Assembly (NCBI GenBank): GCA_030141605.1
Contig: JAQGDQ010000471.1
Location: forward strand, 62,001-126,000
Source: Tubiluchus corallicola
Taxonomy: Eukaryota; Animalia; Priapulida
Length of the DNA: 64,000 nucleotides
Direction of reading: 5' to 3'
The stretch's first letter is position 1, and each line of letters begins with the position of its first letter. Below are positions 11,131 through 25,800 of this stretch, one piece after another. The position numbers and the translations under genes are program-made. The notes beneath the pieces were generated by a model. The model saw only the letters and a program-made list of their open reading frames with translations, did not search any database and was not told the DNA's origin.

Positions 11131-14100
11131 GGCATCATTGGTGCTTACGCTTTAGCCGGAGACGTACAAGAGGAAATGAAAGAGTTTCGCGACCGAATCA
11201 CAAAACTGTCTGTGATCGTACATGAAGACTTGCAGACGAAGAAATACGATGAAATACCACAGTTTGCCAACGACATGGAAGAATTTCTGAAAAAGTGTTT
11301 CGCCGTCGTACTGGAGTGCATGCTAAAGTCAACTTCTAGCAAAAGAGAAAAACTATGAAACATAGTGATGGCTCATAGTCATAAGGAAGAAATCTCCAGA
11401 CTTTACGACGAACTGGAGAGACTACAGCAGGATTATGGCTTTGCGCAGCAAGTGTCAATGACTAGGCCTTTAGCCAATCTGCTAGAAGCTCAAGAATGAC
11501 AAAGGAGGACTGGTCTTGTCGAAACGTTGAGACAATATCACGTAGGTTTTCTTAGATACTACAACGATGATACGGCTGATTACGAGGAACAAACAGATAT
11601 GTTATCCAAACTTCACACGTGGTATAACAGAGAGGAAAGCTCCTGTGAAACTGGACGAGTTTTCCTGTTATCTGCTGAACAAGGATCTGGCAAGACCATG
11701 CTGGCTGCAGCGACCTGTAGACATTTCCGCTCAAAGATTCTCCACGCTTTCTTCTTCGAGTATGCTGATGTCCGACGTAGCAGCTTAAAATCCATGATAC
11801 TCAGCGTGGCATTTCAGCTGTACCAAATGTTTGAAGAAAAATACATAAGTCTCCTTCCTGGAAATTGTCTAGATAACGCGGAAACGATTAGTTTTGAATT
11901 TCTGCGAGACAATCTCGTGAGCAACCATCTAGAGGATTTGAACAAGTTGTCTGATAAAAACATGTTGCTTGTGTTAGACGGTGCCGATGAGTGTGACTTT
12001 GAGGATCACAGACAACTGTCAAATTTCATCAAAACGTTTAATGAAAAAGCACCAATTTGGTTGTACCTCTTTGTGACAACCAGACCTATTCCCACACATG
12101 TCGACCACTTTAAAATCCCCGGTGGTGGGTACAATATAACAGAAGGTATTGTGGGAAATGGGGAAACCTTAAAGAAATATGTAAATCGAGAATTATCAAA
12201 ACTGGGAGAAACAAACGATGGAACAAAAGAAGTTGCTGAAGTGTTATGTAATAATAATGTCAACTTTCGGTACGCTCAGTGTGTCCTGAACGAGGTGCAC
12301 AAACAACACAAGAATGAGAAGGTGACCGTATCGCATATAGAATCCGTGACAAAAAACCTGCCTTCTCTTTCCGAATTTTATGGGGCTGATTTTCAAATGT
12401 TAAAAGATAAAGTGAACGACGTTACCAAATTCAGGAAATTATTAGCTATTCTTGTTGCAGCCCGGGAACCTCTGAATCTGTCCTTCTTCAATTACTACAT
12501 CGGCACGTTGAATTTAGCCGAAGAGACAGAAGAACTGTTCTCCATCATTGCCCGACATGTTACTGTTAAATATGATGAAATTCAATTCAATCACAAATCT
12601 GTTCGGGAATGGTTGATTGAATTTCACAACCAAAATTCCATGAACATAGTGAAAGATGGTCATTTGGAATTTAGTAAACTATGCGTAACCGTTCTCGATG
12701 CTTTGCTCCGTGACACTCATGTGGCATGTCCTGCAGTTCTTGACTATGCCATAAACCATGTCATTTATCATTACGTTGAGGTGGATGGGTTCCAGAAAAA
12801 TTTGAGAGAAGTACTTTGCAGTCTAAAGTACATTGAGAGAAAGCTGCAGGTACCGCGTCCCAATATGGCGGCACTCTCTTGAAAGATTACTACCATGAGC
12901 ATGTGTCTGAAGCTACGAAGACAAAGGTGAGTTTACAATGTTACTTGAAGCACCAGAAGGATAGGCAATTGATACAAGCTTACAGAAAGTTTATAGCCAC
13001 AAATGCTGCACCAATTCAGCAGTGTCCACATCTTGTTTATCAATATGCCGCAAATTATCCTGTCGAAGTAGACGATCTCTCGAAACAGGCCAAGCAATGG
13101 ATAGAAAATAACCAGGTTTGGACTCAGGTGCTGTGTGATCCTCAAACACTGCCAATCTTACAGACGTCATTGCCTGACTATGTTTGGGCAATGGATGTGA
13201 GTTCGCAAAAGAAGCTTTTAGTTTGTCTGACATCAGATGTGAATGACGGTGGTGCCAAGTTACATGTACTTGATCTAGAGGGTTTAACTATGACTCACAC
13301 TCTTGATCTTGATAACTACCTACAAGCACCAGTCACGAAGTGGAAGTATTTCAAATATTTTAGTCACTGCAAAGTCTTTCTTAGACACGAGGAACCATTT
13401 GTAGTTTTCGGATCTCGTAGACATTTAGCTCACATTCATCAAAATCAACTTTTGATTGAAGAGTCGAATCTTCACTCACACGGTGATACCAATGAACTTG
13501 TTACATGCTGTGATGTTATTGCTAATCTAGTTGTGTTTGGACTAACTGAACTGAACAGAAACGTGGATACTGCGCCTACAGATGTGGGGGAAGATGCCAA
13601 GTCTTACTTTGTTGTGCAGGACATTCAAAGTGGGAATGTCTTGCAAACATTCAACCATCAAAGTGGAATGGCTAGTTGTTGTAAATTCAGTGAAAATGGA
13701 AGGTCAATTTTGAGTTACAGCCAAGGTGACGATGTCATTAAAACTTGGGACGTAGATCATGGTGAACAAGAGAAAGCAACAGCACAATTCAAGAAATCGA
13801 ATTGTATAAAATTTGATATCTTAGATGATCAAAGTGTGGTATATCAGCGTATCGATAAAAAGCGTAATACTAAGCTATTCATAGTGAAAGATGGTTCTGA
13901 GAAGGAAATTAGAAATGACGGACAATACGATACGAACCAGCTTATTGGTTTAACTTATATTCCTTCCCTAGGGCGTGTAGCAGTGTTAGAGCCTGGTGAT
14001 GATAGATGGGAGACCAGGTCAGTCAAAGTTTCTCTGGTCAATCCTTGGTCAACTGATCTTCAACATACTGAATGCGTTCTGGATGACACTAACCAACATT

Positions 14101-16091
14101 ACACGGCTTATTTAGGAGGTGCTCTGTGCATCACTCATACAAAGAATTCTGACTCTGTCACTTGTCTAATCTATGGTGTGGGAAGGAACATTAGTGCTTA
14201 TGCACTAGGTGACGGTGCTGTCACATCAACAGAGACAGGCAAATCGTGTAAAAAAGACAAATTTTACAATTGTGTATTCACACACGATTCTCACGCTTTG
14301 ATTTTGCAGACGATCGACAAATCGCAGTGCAAGATGCAACTAGAATTGATTGATGCTGCAAGCGGAAAGAGCCAGCGGTCATCTGAACTGGTCGACACCG
14401 TAGAAATGTCCGATGCAAACTTCAACGTTTTTACCTTGCCTCCTGTTGTATCCTCTGATGACACGAAGGTGCTAGCCGATTCCGGACGAACAAAAATTAA
14501 AGTTGGCCGCAGCAAGTTATATGTGTGGTTCGTAAAAGAGAACAAAGTAGTAAAATTGAATAATCTTAGTATAGAAGATGGTAATCACCATGCAAAGAGT
14601 TTCTGTTTCTCGCCAGATGGCAGCACCATACTGGTATCCTACAGACAGTTTGACATGGACAGTGTCGACGTATTCAATGCTGAATCTGCCGAGTTTGTAA
14701 AGACGTACAACGGTAGAGGAACGTTCACACTCTACACTGAAGACAGTGGTAAGCAGATTGCTACTTATGATGATAAAGGCAAGTTGTCTTTATGGAACTG
14801 GGACACAGGGTCGCTCGTAGAAAGCGCACCTAGTGTCGAAGTGGTTAAGCGAGGAGTTCCAAACAGGGACAAGATTCAGATGCCGAGTGTTGTCCATCGT
14901 GGGGCAGGAAAAGTTGCTTTGTTGCAGGTAAAAAACTCAGTTTTGCGGTGTAATTGACTTGCCCATATATTGTAGTGTCACATTAGTATGAAGTTCACCA
15001 CGTTTTGGACTGTTTAATGTTTGCACCTGATGTTATCCTTATGGCTTCCTGAATGCTTTCTCAGAAACGTAGCATTACATTACGATTACAAACTAAGATA
15101 GACAAAATTAATTTGGAACAAGAAAGACGGACAAACAATACAGAAAATCGGTAAAGTGTACAAATTAACAAATGACTAAGAAATGACAAATTATAGATTA
15201 AATAAGTGAACAAACAGCCAAAAGACCGGCCAATTGACATTGAACACGGTAAATGAATAAGAAAATGAGAAAGAAATGAAAAGAAGGTAAGAAGGAGTGA
15301 ACAGACGAATGAGGAAGCGAATGGACAGACAAACAGATGAACGACTAACAAGGAATGTTTACATTTGAGAGATATGTAGTGAGTGAGTGAATAATGAATA
15401 ATGAGCGAACGATTAAATGACTAGAAGAGAATCAGTCTGTGACACAATCTGAGCAGGTAGATAAAGCTAGGTGGTCGAGCAAGTATGTGCTGGAGAGAGT
15501 GAATGAATAACAGAGTGCTGAAAAAGTGGTGCTTTAAAAGCTAACCTGCATGAAAATATCATTATTTTATTATGATTGCAGGTTGATCGTAGACATATTC
15601 GCATGTTGCTGTTCGAAATCTGTAAGCAGACAGTTCAGGAACTACTCGGAGAGGAGGTAGAGGACCCCGATGTCGAGTACCTCTACCCCTACAAGTACGT
15701 TCTCTCTTTCTCGGCAGATAGAGACGGTTCCTTGCTCGCTACGAGCCTAGTAACTAGTAGCGTCACCTTGTGGAACACTCGCACACTAGCGAATCGCGTT
15801 ATTTTCAACACCAATGTTCAGATTTTGTCAACAGGAGCATGGGTGACAACAACACACTTACTATTGCTACAGGACGCTCAGAATGACTCCAGGTTTCAGA
15901 TAATACAACTCAAAGAGGGTGTGATAGAGAATTACGTCACGGTGACACGTGACGCTAGCGCCATCTTGTCAGACGATAAAAAGACTCTAGCTGCGGTGAA
16001 AAGGAATGTGGGACTTGCGCTGTACAGAAGTCATGGTTATGAAACAAAAATTTTCGCTCCCACATCTCAACACATTTTTTCATTGAAATGA
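11131..16091 (+). pseudogene. NACHT/STAND NTPase-WD40 (NWD/NLR-like) gene with helical N-terminal domain, disrupted; exons 11131-14927 and 15582-16091, 5' exon(s) not located
   Basis: Acceptor tttttag|ggc at 11130/1. One frame 11131-12882 with in-frame TGA at 11356 and 11497; Walker A AEQGSGKT, Walker B LLVLDGADEC, FVTTRP, AAREPL, FNHKSVREWL; frameshift at ctctct (~12875, restoring AALLKDY); WD40-like strands (CCKFSENG..IKTWD, FCFSPDG, LSLWNWDTG, SFSADRDGSLLAT..LWN); phase-0 GT-AG intron 14928-15581. Confidence 0.88.
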
Positions 16092-16575
16092 GACTATAAC
16101 TACTTCTAGGCTTAAGTCTAGGCATAAGTCTGGGTTTAAAAATGGCTGTCAAAGCAGCTCACAGTACAATTCGTAGTGTAGCCTACATGCCTGACTGAAG
16201 CAGTCGATTCGGTCCATGATTATCACGTTCCTCCAAACGGCGCAAAAATAAAATTAGGCGAAGAAATTTATCCTTGCAGTTTTAGGGAAAACGACATTTT
16301 TAAATTTAAATTGATCAAAATAATCAAAGATTTAGGGGATTTTGGTTTGATTATTACTATGTGCTAATCTAGCTGTTAGTAAAGGTAAAATCGTAAATAA
16401 AAACATCAGAACGTGGTACTTTTAGCCTACCACTGGCAAAACGCACAGGTAGAAATGAATCCAAGCTTTCGGTCACCTGCAAAGAAATGCAGCAGACACA
16501 AGCTGAATGTTTAGTTGTCCATTAACAGTCCATAGCTGGGTTAGCTGCATCATCCCACTTTTTTAACACAAACGA

Positions 16576-16918
16576 ACTGCTGACGGTACCTTGCTGACAT
16601 GTGGTAAAACTATCCATGTTGGTTCGGTACCAGCAGATGCGGAGGCCAAGCAGTCTTTCTGAAATCCATCCACGAAACAACAGAATGATGTGTGAGAAAA
16701 ACGATACCTTTATTACCTGAAGTAGAATGAAAAACAATGATGAAATGGAGTTTACGCTGTCGCGAAGCTACTCTAATTGGACCAGTACAAGAGCAGAGAC
16801 GACCGCTTTTATAATGTATATATGTATATATATATAGTGTACTAAACACCCCTTTCACGCAAAATGTAAGTTTCTGCTGAAGCCAAGTTATACATCTGGC
16901 CTGTATAAAAGCGGTCGT
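16576..16918 (+). repeat. Dispersed repeat, inverted relative to 21501-21835
   Basis: ~315 bp nearly identical to the reverse complement of 21501-21835; the ORF track shows the same peptides on opposite strands. Confidence 0.9.
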
Positions 16919-19310
16919 ATATATCCAGTCGGCGCAGTTAATAGACTCTGTCAATAGTCTTAATTGACTCAAAAACACTAGGAACGGGCGGCTCCTATTC
17001 AAATGTATGTAAAACTGTCGGGAATTATCTCAAATAATTGACTCAATATTTTTACTTCATGCACTTAAAATAAGATACTTGTGTGTACCCAAAGAGTTTT
17101 GACTGTTTTTGTGACATATTTACACCGCTTTTGTGCACTATAATATATGTAGAAACAGTAATGTTCAGTACAGCATGTACAGTGCCTCCATCATATGCGC
17201 AATTGACGTCAAACATATTGGCTATCGCTCCGCTCCCGCTCCAGCTCCCGCTCCCGTAAGCACGCCCAGCACCATTCGGGATAACAGCTCACGCAAGACA
17301 ACAATTGTCTAAGCTAAACTAAACTAAACAACTGACAGTCACAACTAATGTCTAATCAGATGATAAACTTGACTGCTCTTTTTCATAAACACAAATTTGC
17401 AGAGGAGCAGCTATTTTAACAGGGAATTAACACTTCACAAAATGACTTTTCAATGTAAACAGAATTTAGAAACGAAGTTTCAAAGCACTACAAAAAAACA
17501 GAGACATAAATATAATAAAGAAACTAAGCCAGTTAGCCTTGCTTAACAATAAATGAGCAACAAAAATATTAAGTCTCTCTTGCCTTTTAACATACGAACA
17601 TCAAGCCTGCGATGTATTTTGCTATATTAACTGATCATGTGATCGTCTGCAAGATTTATTAAGGTTTTGTATTTTTCCGTTTGTCAGGCTACGGAAATGA
17701 AATAAATTTGAGTGTTCCATTCCATATACGACCTTTGTTTTGAATGCCCGAGTCACATAAGTCCCAATGGTATCTTTGACCTTGTTTATAACCAGAAAAA
17801 TAGCGTAAAATTAGTTAATGTTACAATGATAGTATAAATTTGAATTAATTTTGATTGTAAAGATCTCATTGAGGTTTATAAAAACTGGCCAGAAAAGCAA
17901 ACATTTTGTTTTGTCTTTATTTAAAGTTAATCAAACAGTTGTTTTTATCTAACTTGCAAAGCCATAGACTAAACTAAACTAAGCTGCGTGCTTTCTTCGT
18001 TGCAAAATGGTTTAATCAGCAACTCATAGGCGTTAAACGCTCTACATTTCTTCCTATAAACGAAACTAGACTATATATTTTGACTAATTCACTTGCGATT
18101 TCAATTGACAATGTTAAAATCTAGAACCAGGCCAATATTTCTCCCGTTAACTAATGAAAAGTTGAGCATTTTTCATAACAGTGTTAGACGGAGCTGTCGC
18201 TAAATGTCCCGAGCGTACCTGCAGCAGGGGTGTGTGAAATAACTTGCATGCTGATTTGGCAGCCAACGAAAATGATTAACATTTTGTTAGACGTCAATTA
18301 TGTTAGCATAGCGGTTTTGCTTTGAATCTGCCACCCCCTTCTCCGCTATTGTTGTTATCTATTAAGTAAATCTATTAAGCGATGCCCATCTTGTTCAAAT
18401 GTTTACTGTCTCCTTGCTCGAATCAGCTCAGTCATAGTTACCATAGTTTACATAATGGTACCAGTGCATCATAAACAAGTAAAACATAATTAATGTAGAA
18501 AGCGAATAAATTTGGTCACTTTCGATGACATGTGGTCAGTGTTTGGTCAGCTAATCGGCAGCGACGTGTTGCACCTGCGACCGGTGCCACGAGGCTTTCT
18601 GTTTCGTTTACTAGGCTTTGCCTTATCTTATTTGAGTTCAGCTGCTCTTGTATATTAGATAACACAGAGAAACAAAGAAACGTGGTAGAGTGATTTCTAC
18701 GCCCAACAGGTATGGCCAGTTTTTTCGTACTCCTTGAACATCATATTTTTGCCATGTGTAAACGTTCTTTATAATTATGCAAGTTTATGTTAAGCAAAGT
18801 TTATGGTATTATTTAATTTTAGTGTTGTAAATGTAACAATTATTATTATACGTTTGTGCGTTTGTACAATCAGTGCATATCCTGCGTCTTCCAGTCAGTC
18901 ACCAGTTATCAACTTTTTTATTATGACGAAACATAATAAATTTCTGTGAGTATGAATTTTATGCGAGTATTGTAGTTGCTCAATTTTTGACTCAAGTGAC
19001 TCTTCATTAAAAAAAAGAAATAAAAAGACTTTCAAGTAATGATTTTTGCGTGCTTAACCATGGCTCGATACCATACATACGTCATTTTCTTCATGTTCTT
19101 CAGGAAGAAATTCACTCGTCAACAGGGCATTTTGTTGACGGAGCAAATAAGACAGATTAAATTCAAGTGGTTTGAATCTTTGTTTGATTTTACTTGCCTA
19201 ATTTCTCACTGTAATACTGAGAGTGACAAATTAGTTTCACTGAGTTGTACAGGCACAATCGAACATTTAAACAGTTTTTGAAATGGAAGAGAATTAGTCT
19301 GTTACGCACA

Positions 19311-19325
19311 CCGGAAGCGGAAGTG
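19311..19325 (+). promoter_or_regulatory. Tandem ETS-type motifs ccggaagcggaagtg upstream of the 146-aa gene
   Basis: Two overlapping matches to the CGGAAG consensus ~500 bp before the ATG; function not shown. Confidence 0.3.
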
Positions 19326-19815
19326 CAGTGCTTTAAAACTTTCCGGGCTAATTTGATCAAATAGTTGTCAATTTTGACCAGTAGTGGGGCATGTGCCCCG
19401 TCAGTTTTACAGTAAAAAAATTCTGTGCTCGTCGAAGCACAGCAAACGTAGTTTTGCTAATCCCAGATCTTTGTTCTTTGTAAAATTTACACCAAGTTTT
19501 TCTTCATTTTTTATTTTGCACGCAGCAAAGGAATTGCAAGTTAAAATTCACATAAAGGAGTTTAGTTTCTGGGTTAAGCGTATGTAGGCCTACATGTAAG
19601 CGAAATATGCGGCCACAAAATGTGCGAATCATGCGAACGGCTCAGCTAGTACGGTTCGACCGGCAACAGTAATCTGACGTTTCATGTAACAAGGTAGAAC
19701 TGTTCTTGATGTAGTTGCACTGTTCGAATGCATTGCGCAGTGAATTCGCCCTTACTATTAATTACAATTTTACTATTTCAGATTGTACGTCTGTGTACGT
19801 TGTGATGTTAAAAAG

Positions 19816-22800
19816 ATGGCTTCCGTGCCCGTGGTGAGCAGACTTATTGATTTTTTTCTCTAGAAAACCTGTACTGAATTATAATAACTGAATTATAATA
19901 AGAACAAATTCCTACACTAAAGAGTTACCCAAGCAAAATAGTTAAGTCCCCACGCGTTAATGAACAACCTTGTAAGTCCATATTTGAGCAGAATCGAGTT
20001 AATAGTGTGCTACGTTCTTGAAAAATCTCTAACAACATAATTATATAGCTTATAACGTTTAATTTGAAAACAAAAATTGCCTTCATATCATTTTGTCGAA
20101 TTTTTCCGTGCGACGTTAACGCCATATCCTTCTAGTTAGCTTCTTTAAGTCGATTAGAAAATCTAATTTGGCTAATAAACAAAGGTGTAAGATTTAGGAA
20201 GTTAATTAGTCAGCTTGCGTGGTGATCCTCTATAAGTGTAACTATGAAAATATAACTACAGTAATAAAACGACATTTCTGAACAATCTATAACTGCAGTG
20301 TGTGAATACATCAATCCACAGGTAACGGTTTAACAGGTAAGAGAGCTGGTCACGTGACTAGCCTAAAGGGAAACCAGATTATAACAGAAAAGAGGGCCTA
20401 TCTTAAATCAGCGCAGTTAGAATTAGGGCATTCTTAGTACCAGGATAAATCTTACAACAAATTATGCAGTGATGCTTATTAACTGAATTATAGACAAATT
20501 AAAAAAAACAGCAAATCCATGTTTTGCTGAAATTTTCAGACAAAAGTAATGAGTCTATCGAACATTGTAAAACAGTACCTAAATAAGCAAGTAGTCAACC
20601 CTTTACTGGCGTCGGAGTAATATGTAACCCATGAAACAGAAATCTGTACCTTATTTCATTTTAACTGTAAGCTAGAAAAATGTTGTTTAAATTTGCTTTT
20701 AAATACCGCGTCATTATTCCTTTATTATGAAATAAGTTAACGTGTTGCCTTTTGAAATTGTGACAGCACAGATATTAAGGCAGGGGTGTGCAAATTATCT
20801 GACTAGCAGGGCCACATTAAACTTTCCCGCAATTCCTGCGAGCCACAGGCAGTTTGATCAAGGAACCAAGTACAGAAAGGCCTAATAACGATATTTGTGC
20901 ATCCGACCTGCGTACATCATTACTACTACACTCAAGAAACTATTTTAGAAGTTACTAAAATTTATATTACAAACCATATATTTCTACTTTCAGGACAGAT
21001 AGTGGTAATTTCAATACAATGCATATTAGTAATGTGTATCACATAGTCTGTGTAGTACAGTGTTATTAAGCTACAACCGTCTTGTAAGGGTTAATGGCAT
21101 CCGATCTAGTAGAAAAAACTACCCGCACTATCTTTCAGATCGTGGCATGGACTTCAGCTGGATATACTCAATTAATCGCCCGGGCCGCACTTTCATTAGG
21201 TTGACAAATCTCTTCGCGGGCCGCACAAATTCTCTCGGCGGGCTGCAATTTGCACACACCCTGTATTAAGGCAACTCAAAACCCGTTCACGCTACCACGC
21301 TACATGTAAGTCACTTTCTGTTGAAGCCAAGTTATGCATCTGGCCTGTATAAAATCGGTCTTCTCTGCTCTTTTACTGGTCTAGTTACTGAAATCCACGA
21401 CCGTGTAAACTGTATTTCATCATTATTTTTGAATCTACTTCATGTAATTTGCTAATAAAGGTATCGTTTTTCTACACATCAATCTGTTGTTTCTTGGATA
21501 GATAACTTGGCTTCAGCAGAAACTTACATTTTGCGTGAAAGGGGTGTTTAGTACACTATATTACATTTATACATATATATATATACATTATAAAAGCGGT
21601 CGTCTCTTCTCTTGTACTGGTCCAATTAGAGTAGCTTCACGACAGCGTAAACTCCATTTCATCATTGTTTTTCATTCTACTTCAGGTAATTTGGCAATAA
21701 AGGTATCGTTTTTCTCACACATCATTCTGTTGTTTCGTGGATGGATTTCAGAAAGACTGCTTGGCCCTCCGTATCTGCTGGTACCGAACCAACCTGGGTA
21801 GTTTTAGCACATGTTGGCGAGGTACCGTCTGCAGTCAGGTTAAATAAGTTACAGTTAATGACAGTAATTTTGCCGGTAGCACGAACAATAGTGCAGCGGT
21901 TGATGACAAAATACAGAGGAACTGTTTAGTTTGTAGTAAACGTGCGCAGATGATGCCTAGACCTTTATTTTCGTTTCATGTGCGGTTTCACCAAAATCCC
22001 TCAGAGGCACTTGGGCAGATCCGGCCACTAATTAAATTTTTAAATTTTAAATTTTTTTAATTAGACTAACGTGTACTAACATGTTGTTGTTGTTGTTCTT
22101 GCTGCTCGTATTTCTGTTGCTGCTGCACTTGCTGTTACAGCTCCTCCTCCTCCAGCTGCTGCTGTTGTTATTGCTGTTGTTGTTTTTATCGTTGTTGCTG
22201 TTGTTGTTGTCATTATTCTGGTGTTTTGCGCTATTATAGTTAAGTTTTTGTAACGGTGCACTTATATTTTTCAATTGTTTTTGTCAGGATCGTGAACCTA
22301 TTCATTTAATTAGGCTCAAAAGTGCACCTCACAAAAAAAATTGGTTTCTATTAACCATCAAATTAAGGATGTGTTGAGCCGAAACACGGATTTTTCTAAA
22401 GCACGTGTTATAGGTTCTGTGTTACCTAATGTGTACCATCGGTACTGTCGTGATTAATATTTAGGAAAAGTGATTGAACGACAATCTCAATTAATCTAAA
22501 TAAGCTAGGCATTAAATTTAATTGCTTTATTTAATCACAAATATATAACTCATGAAAAACTGTGCACAGATTATTAAAACAAAAACTGTACAAGTGTATA
22601 CGAGACTACAAGCATACCGTTTACCACGTCAGAGCTGCAGTCCTGGCGTTAACTGCGTCACCATTCCATTTCCATTCCATGAGCATGATTGTATCCTCCA
22701 TATTGTAAACGTAAACATCATTCCATTCCATTTCATGTCTTATTGATCTATACCATACCATCCGCGTTCGATCCCACCAAGTTCCGACAGCTGCTCGCAG

Positions 22801-25800
22801 CTCACCTCACGGATCGCCAGCTCTTCCTCTCACTGCTGTTACTGTAGTTTCCTCGTTACACGTCAGTCTAGCTTGCCTGACTCCCTCCACCAACTTGCTG
22901 GGAGTCTCACCAATGCAAGTCTAGATTAGGTTCCGTATTCCCATATTAACAAGCCGTTTCTACTCCGTTTATATCTTTTGAGGAAGTTTCATAATAGTGT
23001 AAATCAAGACATCTCAATTTATTTCGTTAAAGAAATGTTCAAACTGAGCAGTGTGGACAAACTTTAGACTTGTCTACCACGATATGCTTAAAAACCAAAC
23101 ATCAACTCTCTAGATAGAACGAAAAATTCACTTCTCCACGACCTGTAGGAATCACTTGTGTTTGTGCATTTTTAAAACAACCAATGATAGGAAAGTAGGC
23201 ATTAAACATAACTAGGTGACCTGTACTGATTTCACAACTGTACATAGGCAAAATTAATTGGCTTCATCTCTTAAAGAAGTTTTTTAGGCTCAAATAATCT
23301 CAAGACTATAGTGAGCAACATATGTAAAGCTTGGATAGTAGTATGTCCGATAGGGTACCAAAATGGTGTGCTATCGCAGTCTTATTAGCATGTCTTTTAT
23401 CTACATATATTAATTCAAGAGCAACAGCAACAACAGGTTTATTGCATCAACAACATTGACAGCAGCAACAGCTATAACCACAGTAATCACCATCTTCCAC
23501 CAATGCGACATCACCGCCAACACCATTGCCACCGCCATCGCCACCAGAAAATAACCCCACAACAACCTCTCTAACATTCTTTAATATTTCTCACCGTTGG
23601 TGTTTTTTATTTGTAGAGAATTTTCGGAAACGCTACTGTAGGTGGCGCCCAAATACCAGTGGCCTACATGTGCTATGCTGAGTCAAAAACTTTGGCGAAC
23701 TGGACAGTAACAGATGTAGAAAAATGCATGAATAATGCGGTAGGAAGTGCAAAACAAGTTATAATGATTATTCATCCAACAGGTAAATTATATTTTACCA
23801 CGTGAAATATGTTTATTATTAGTTCTCGTATTTCTGTGCCTCTCTGTCTCTTTGTCTGTCTGTCTTTTTCTCTATCTGTCTGTTTGTTTGCATGTCCCCG
23901 TATGCCTAGTTGATTTTTAGTCTCAGTCGTATCTGTCTGTCTCCTGTCTGTATGTCTGTGCATGCTATTTCTCGTAGACCGCTGATTTAATTCAAAAACA
24001 AGCTTGCACAGGACCTGGGGTCTGAGCTAACGGTGTGCAGTAAAACATTTGGGTGCCGTAGTGGTCACAGATGCTTACCAACAATGAAAAAAATTAGACA
24101 TTTAAAATTGGTACATTTCTCTCATCAATGTCTGTCTCCTCCAAAACTGCTGAGATTATGAAGACAACACTAGGACTATGGTACCTCAGATAATCACATC
24201 TAAAACATTTTAGTCGAATTTCGCAATTTAATAATATGATCGGCATTATGACGTCATCCTGGCGTCATTACTTCTATAATCAGCTAACCAGCTTTCTGTC
24301 TATCAAAATCGATTTGTTTGTCATCCTGTTTCTCTGTCTGTCTGCCCGTTTGTCTATCTGCCTGCCCGCCTATTTGCCTGTTTACCTGCTCACTCTGCCT
24401 TGATCCAATCGTCTGCCTGTTTTTGTTTGCTTGTAGATTGTGCGAGTTTATGATCTACGTACAAAATGTTTTCAATATTTTAGCAAATACAGTTTAACAT
24501 GAGCTTTTAGAAAGTATGAGTATCCTCCAAAATTAATGTTATTTAAGATTATTATATAAATCTTAACATGTAAAACCCAAGAAGGTACAGCAAATACAGT
24601 CTCTTGGTTAACTGATTTATTCGTTCTTTCGTTTGTTCATTCATTCATTTACGTGAACATGGTTTCATTTGTTCTTTAATTTGTTTGTTTGTTTACTTAG
24701 CTTTCTAGCAAGTTTCAAACACGCTTAGCAAATTATTACTATGTTTAGGTGCTACAGATAGCGCCACTGATCCTCGTATTATCAATAAGCTGTACCCGAA
24801 CAACCTCTACCTCGGTATATGGATACGATCTCCAGACTTTCAAAGAGCCTTTAATGAATTCAAGAAAACGTTCGGGAAAAGGGTGAGTAAACACTCAACA
24901 GTTTCTAATTTCGACATTGTAATGTTGCAAGTAATAACACGAGGCCGCCCCGGAAAACGTTCCCCAAATTAACTCTTAATCCTTCATCCTGGTAGAGGCA
25001 TTTATAACCAGAATCCGTCTCCAGGTAATTTGTCCCCCTGAGCAGAAGTATTTTAGCGTCCCCTCCCCAACAATCATTTATTTTTATTTATTTTTTTATT
25101 TATTTATTATTATTATCACATTCAGTACAATATAATGACATTAAGCACACAGTGACATCAAAATTATTACATCTACTGTATTAAATTGTTATGTTTCATA
25201 CACTATCGTTATCATAAAAGAATAATTGTACTGCAGTGGGCTAGAGAAGCAAAGGCTTGTATAAGCGCACTGTCATGTGAACCCGATAAAAAAAGAATGG
25301 ATGAGTGAACAAAAAAAAGAACTGGGAAAAGGTTAGATCACACAGGAAGGGTAGAAGGATGTGTTAGTCGAAAGATAATAGATTGCGCTATGTTGACATC
25401 AGCTCTAAAGATTTATCAGTGATGCCTTGTTTTGCATAATCTGTACCAAGATTGTGGTATGACTGCTGCAGTAGATGTGGGAAATTAGGAAGTGTTGTAC
25501 TTGTTAAGAATCATTGCTCTGTATTTCTTTTTAAATCAACCCCTTTTCCCAGAATCCCCACCACACTTCCAAACAAACCAACCCGCAGAACTTAAATTCC
25601 TAAATCTTGGATTTTCAAGTTTAGTTGATAATATGACAATAGCTTGGTTGTCCTATTAAGTATTATTATTGATAACACCATCATTACACTATTTCTCATC
25701 AAACTTTCTGGGGGAAAATAAACAGTATGTTACACCCGGGTTTTTCCTTTTCTAAAGAGCTACAAATTTCTCTCTGTCCCAAGAATAAGAATAGGGATAA

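Noticed and set aside
11356-11499. Alternative genetic code (UGA=Trp)
   Set aside because: Other genes here use TGG for Trp, and TGA ends the same gene at 16089-16091.
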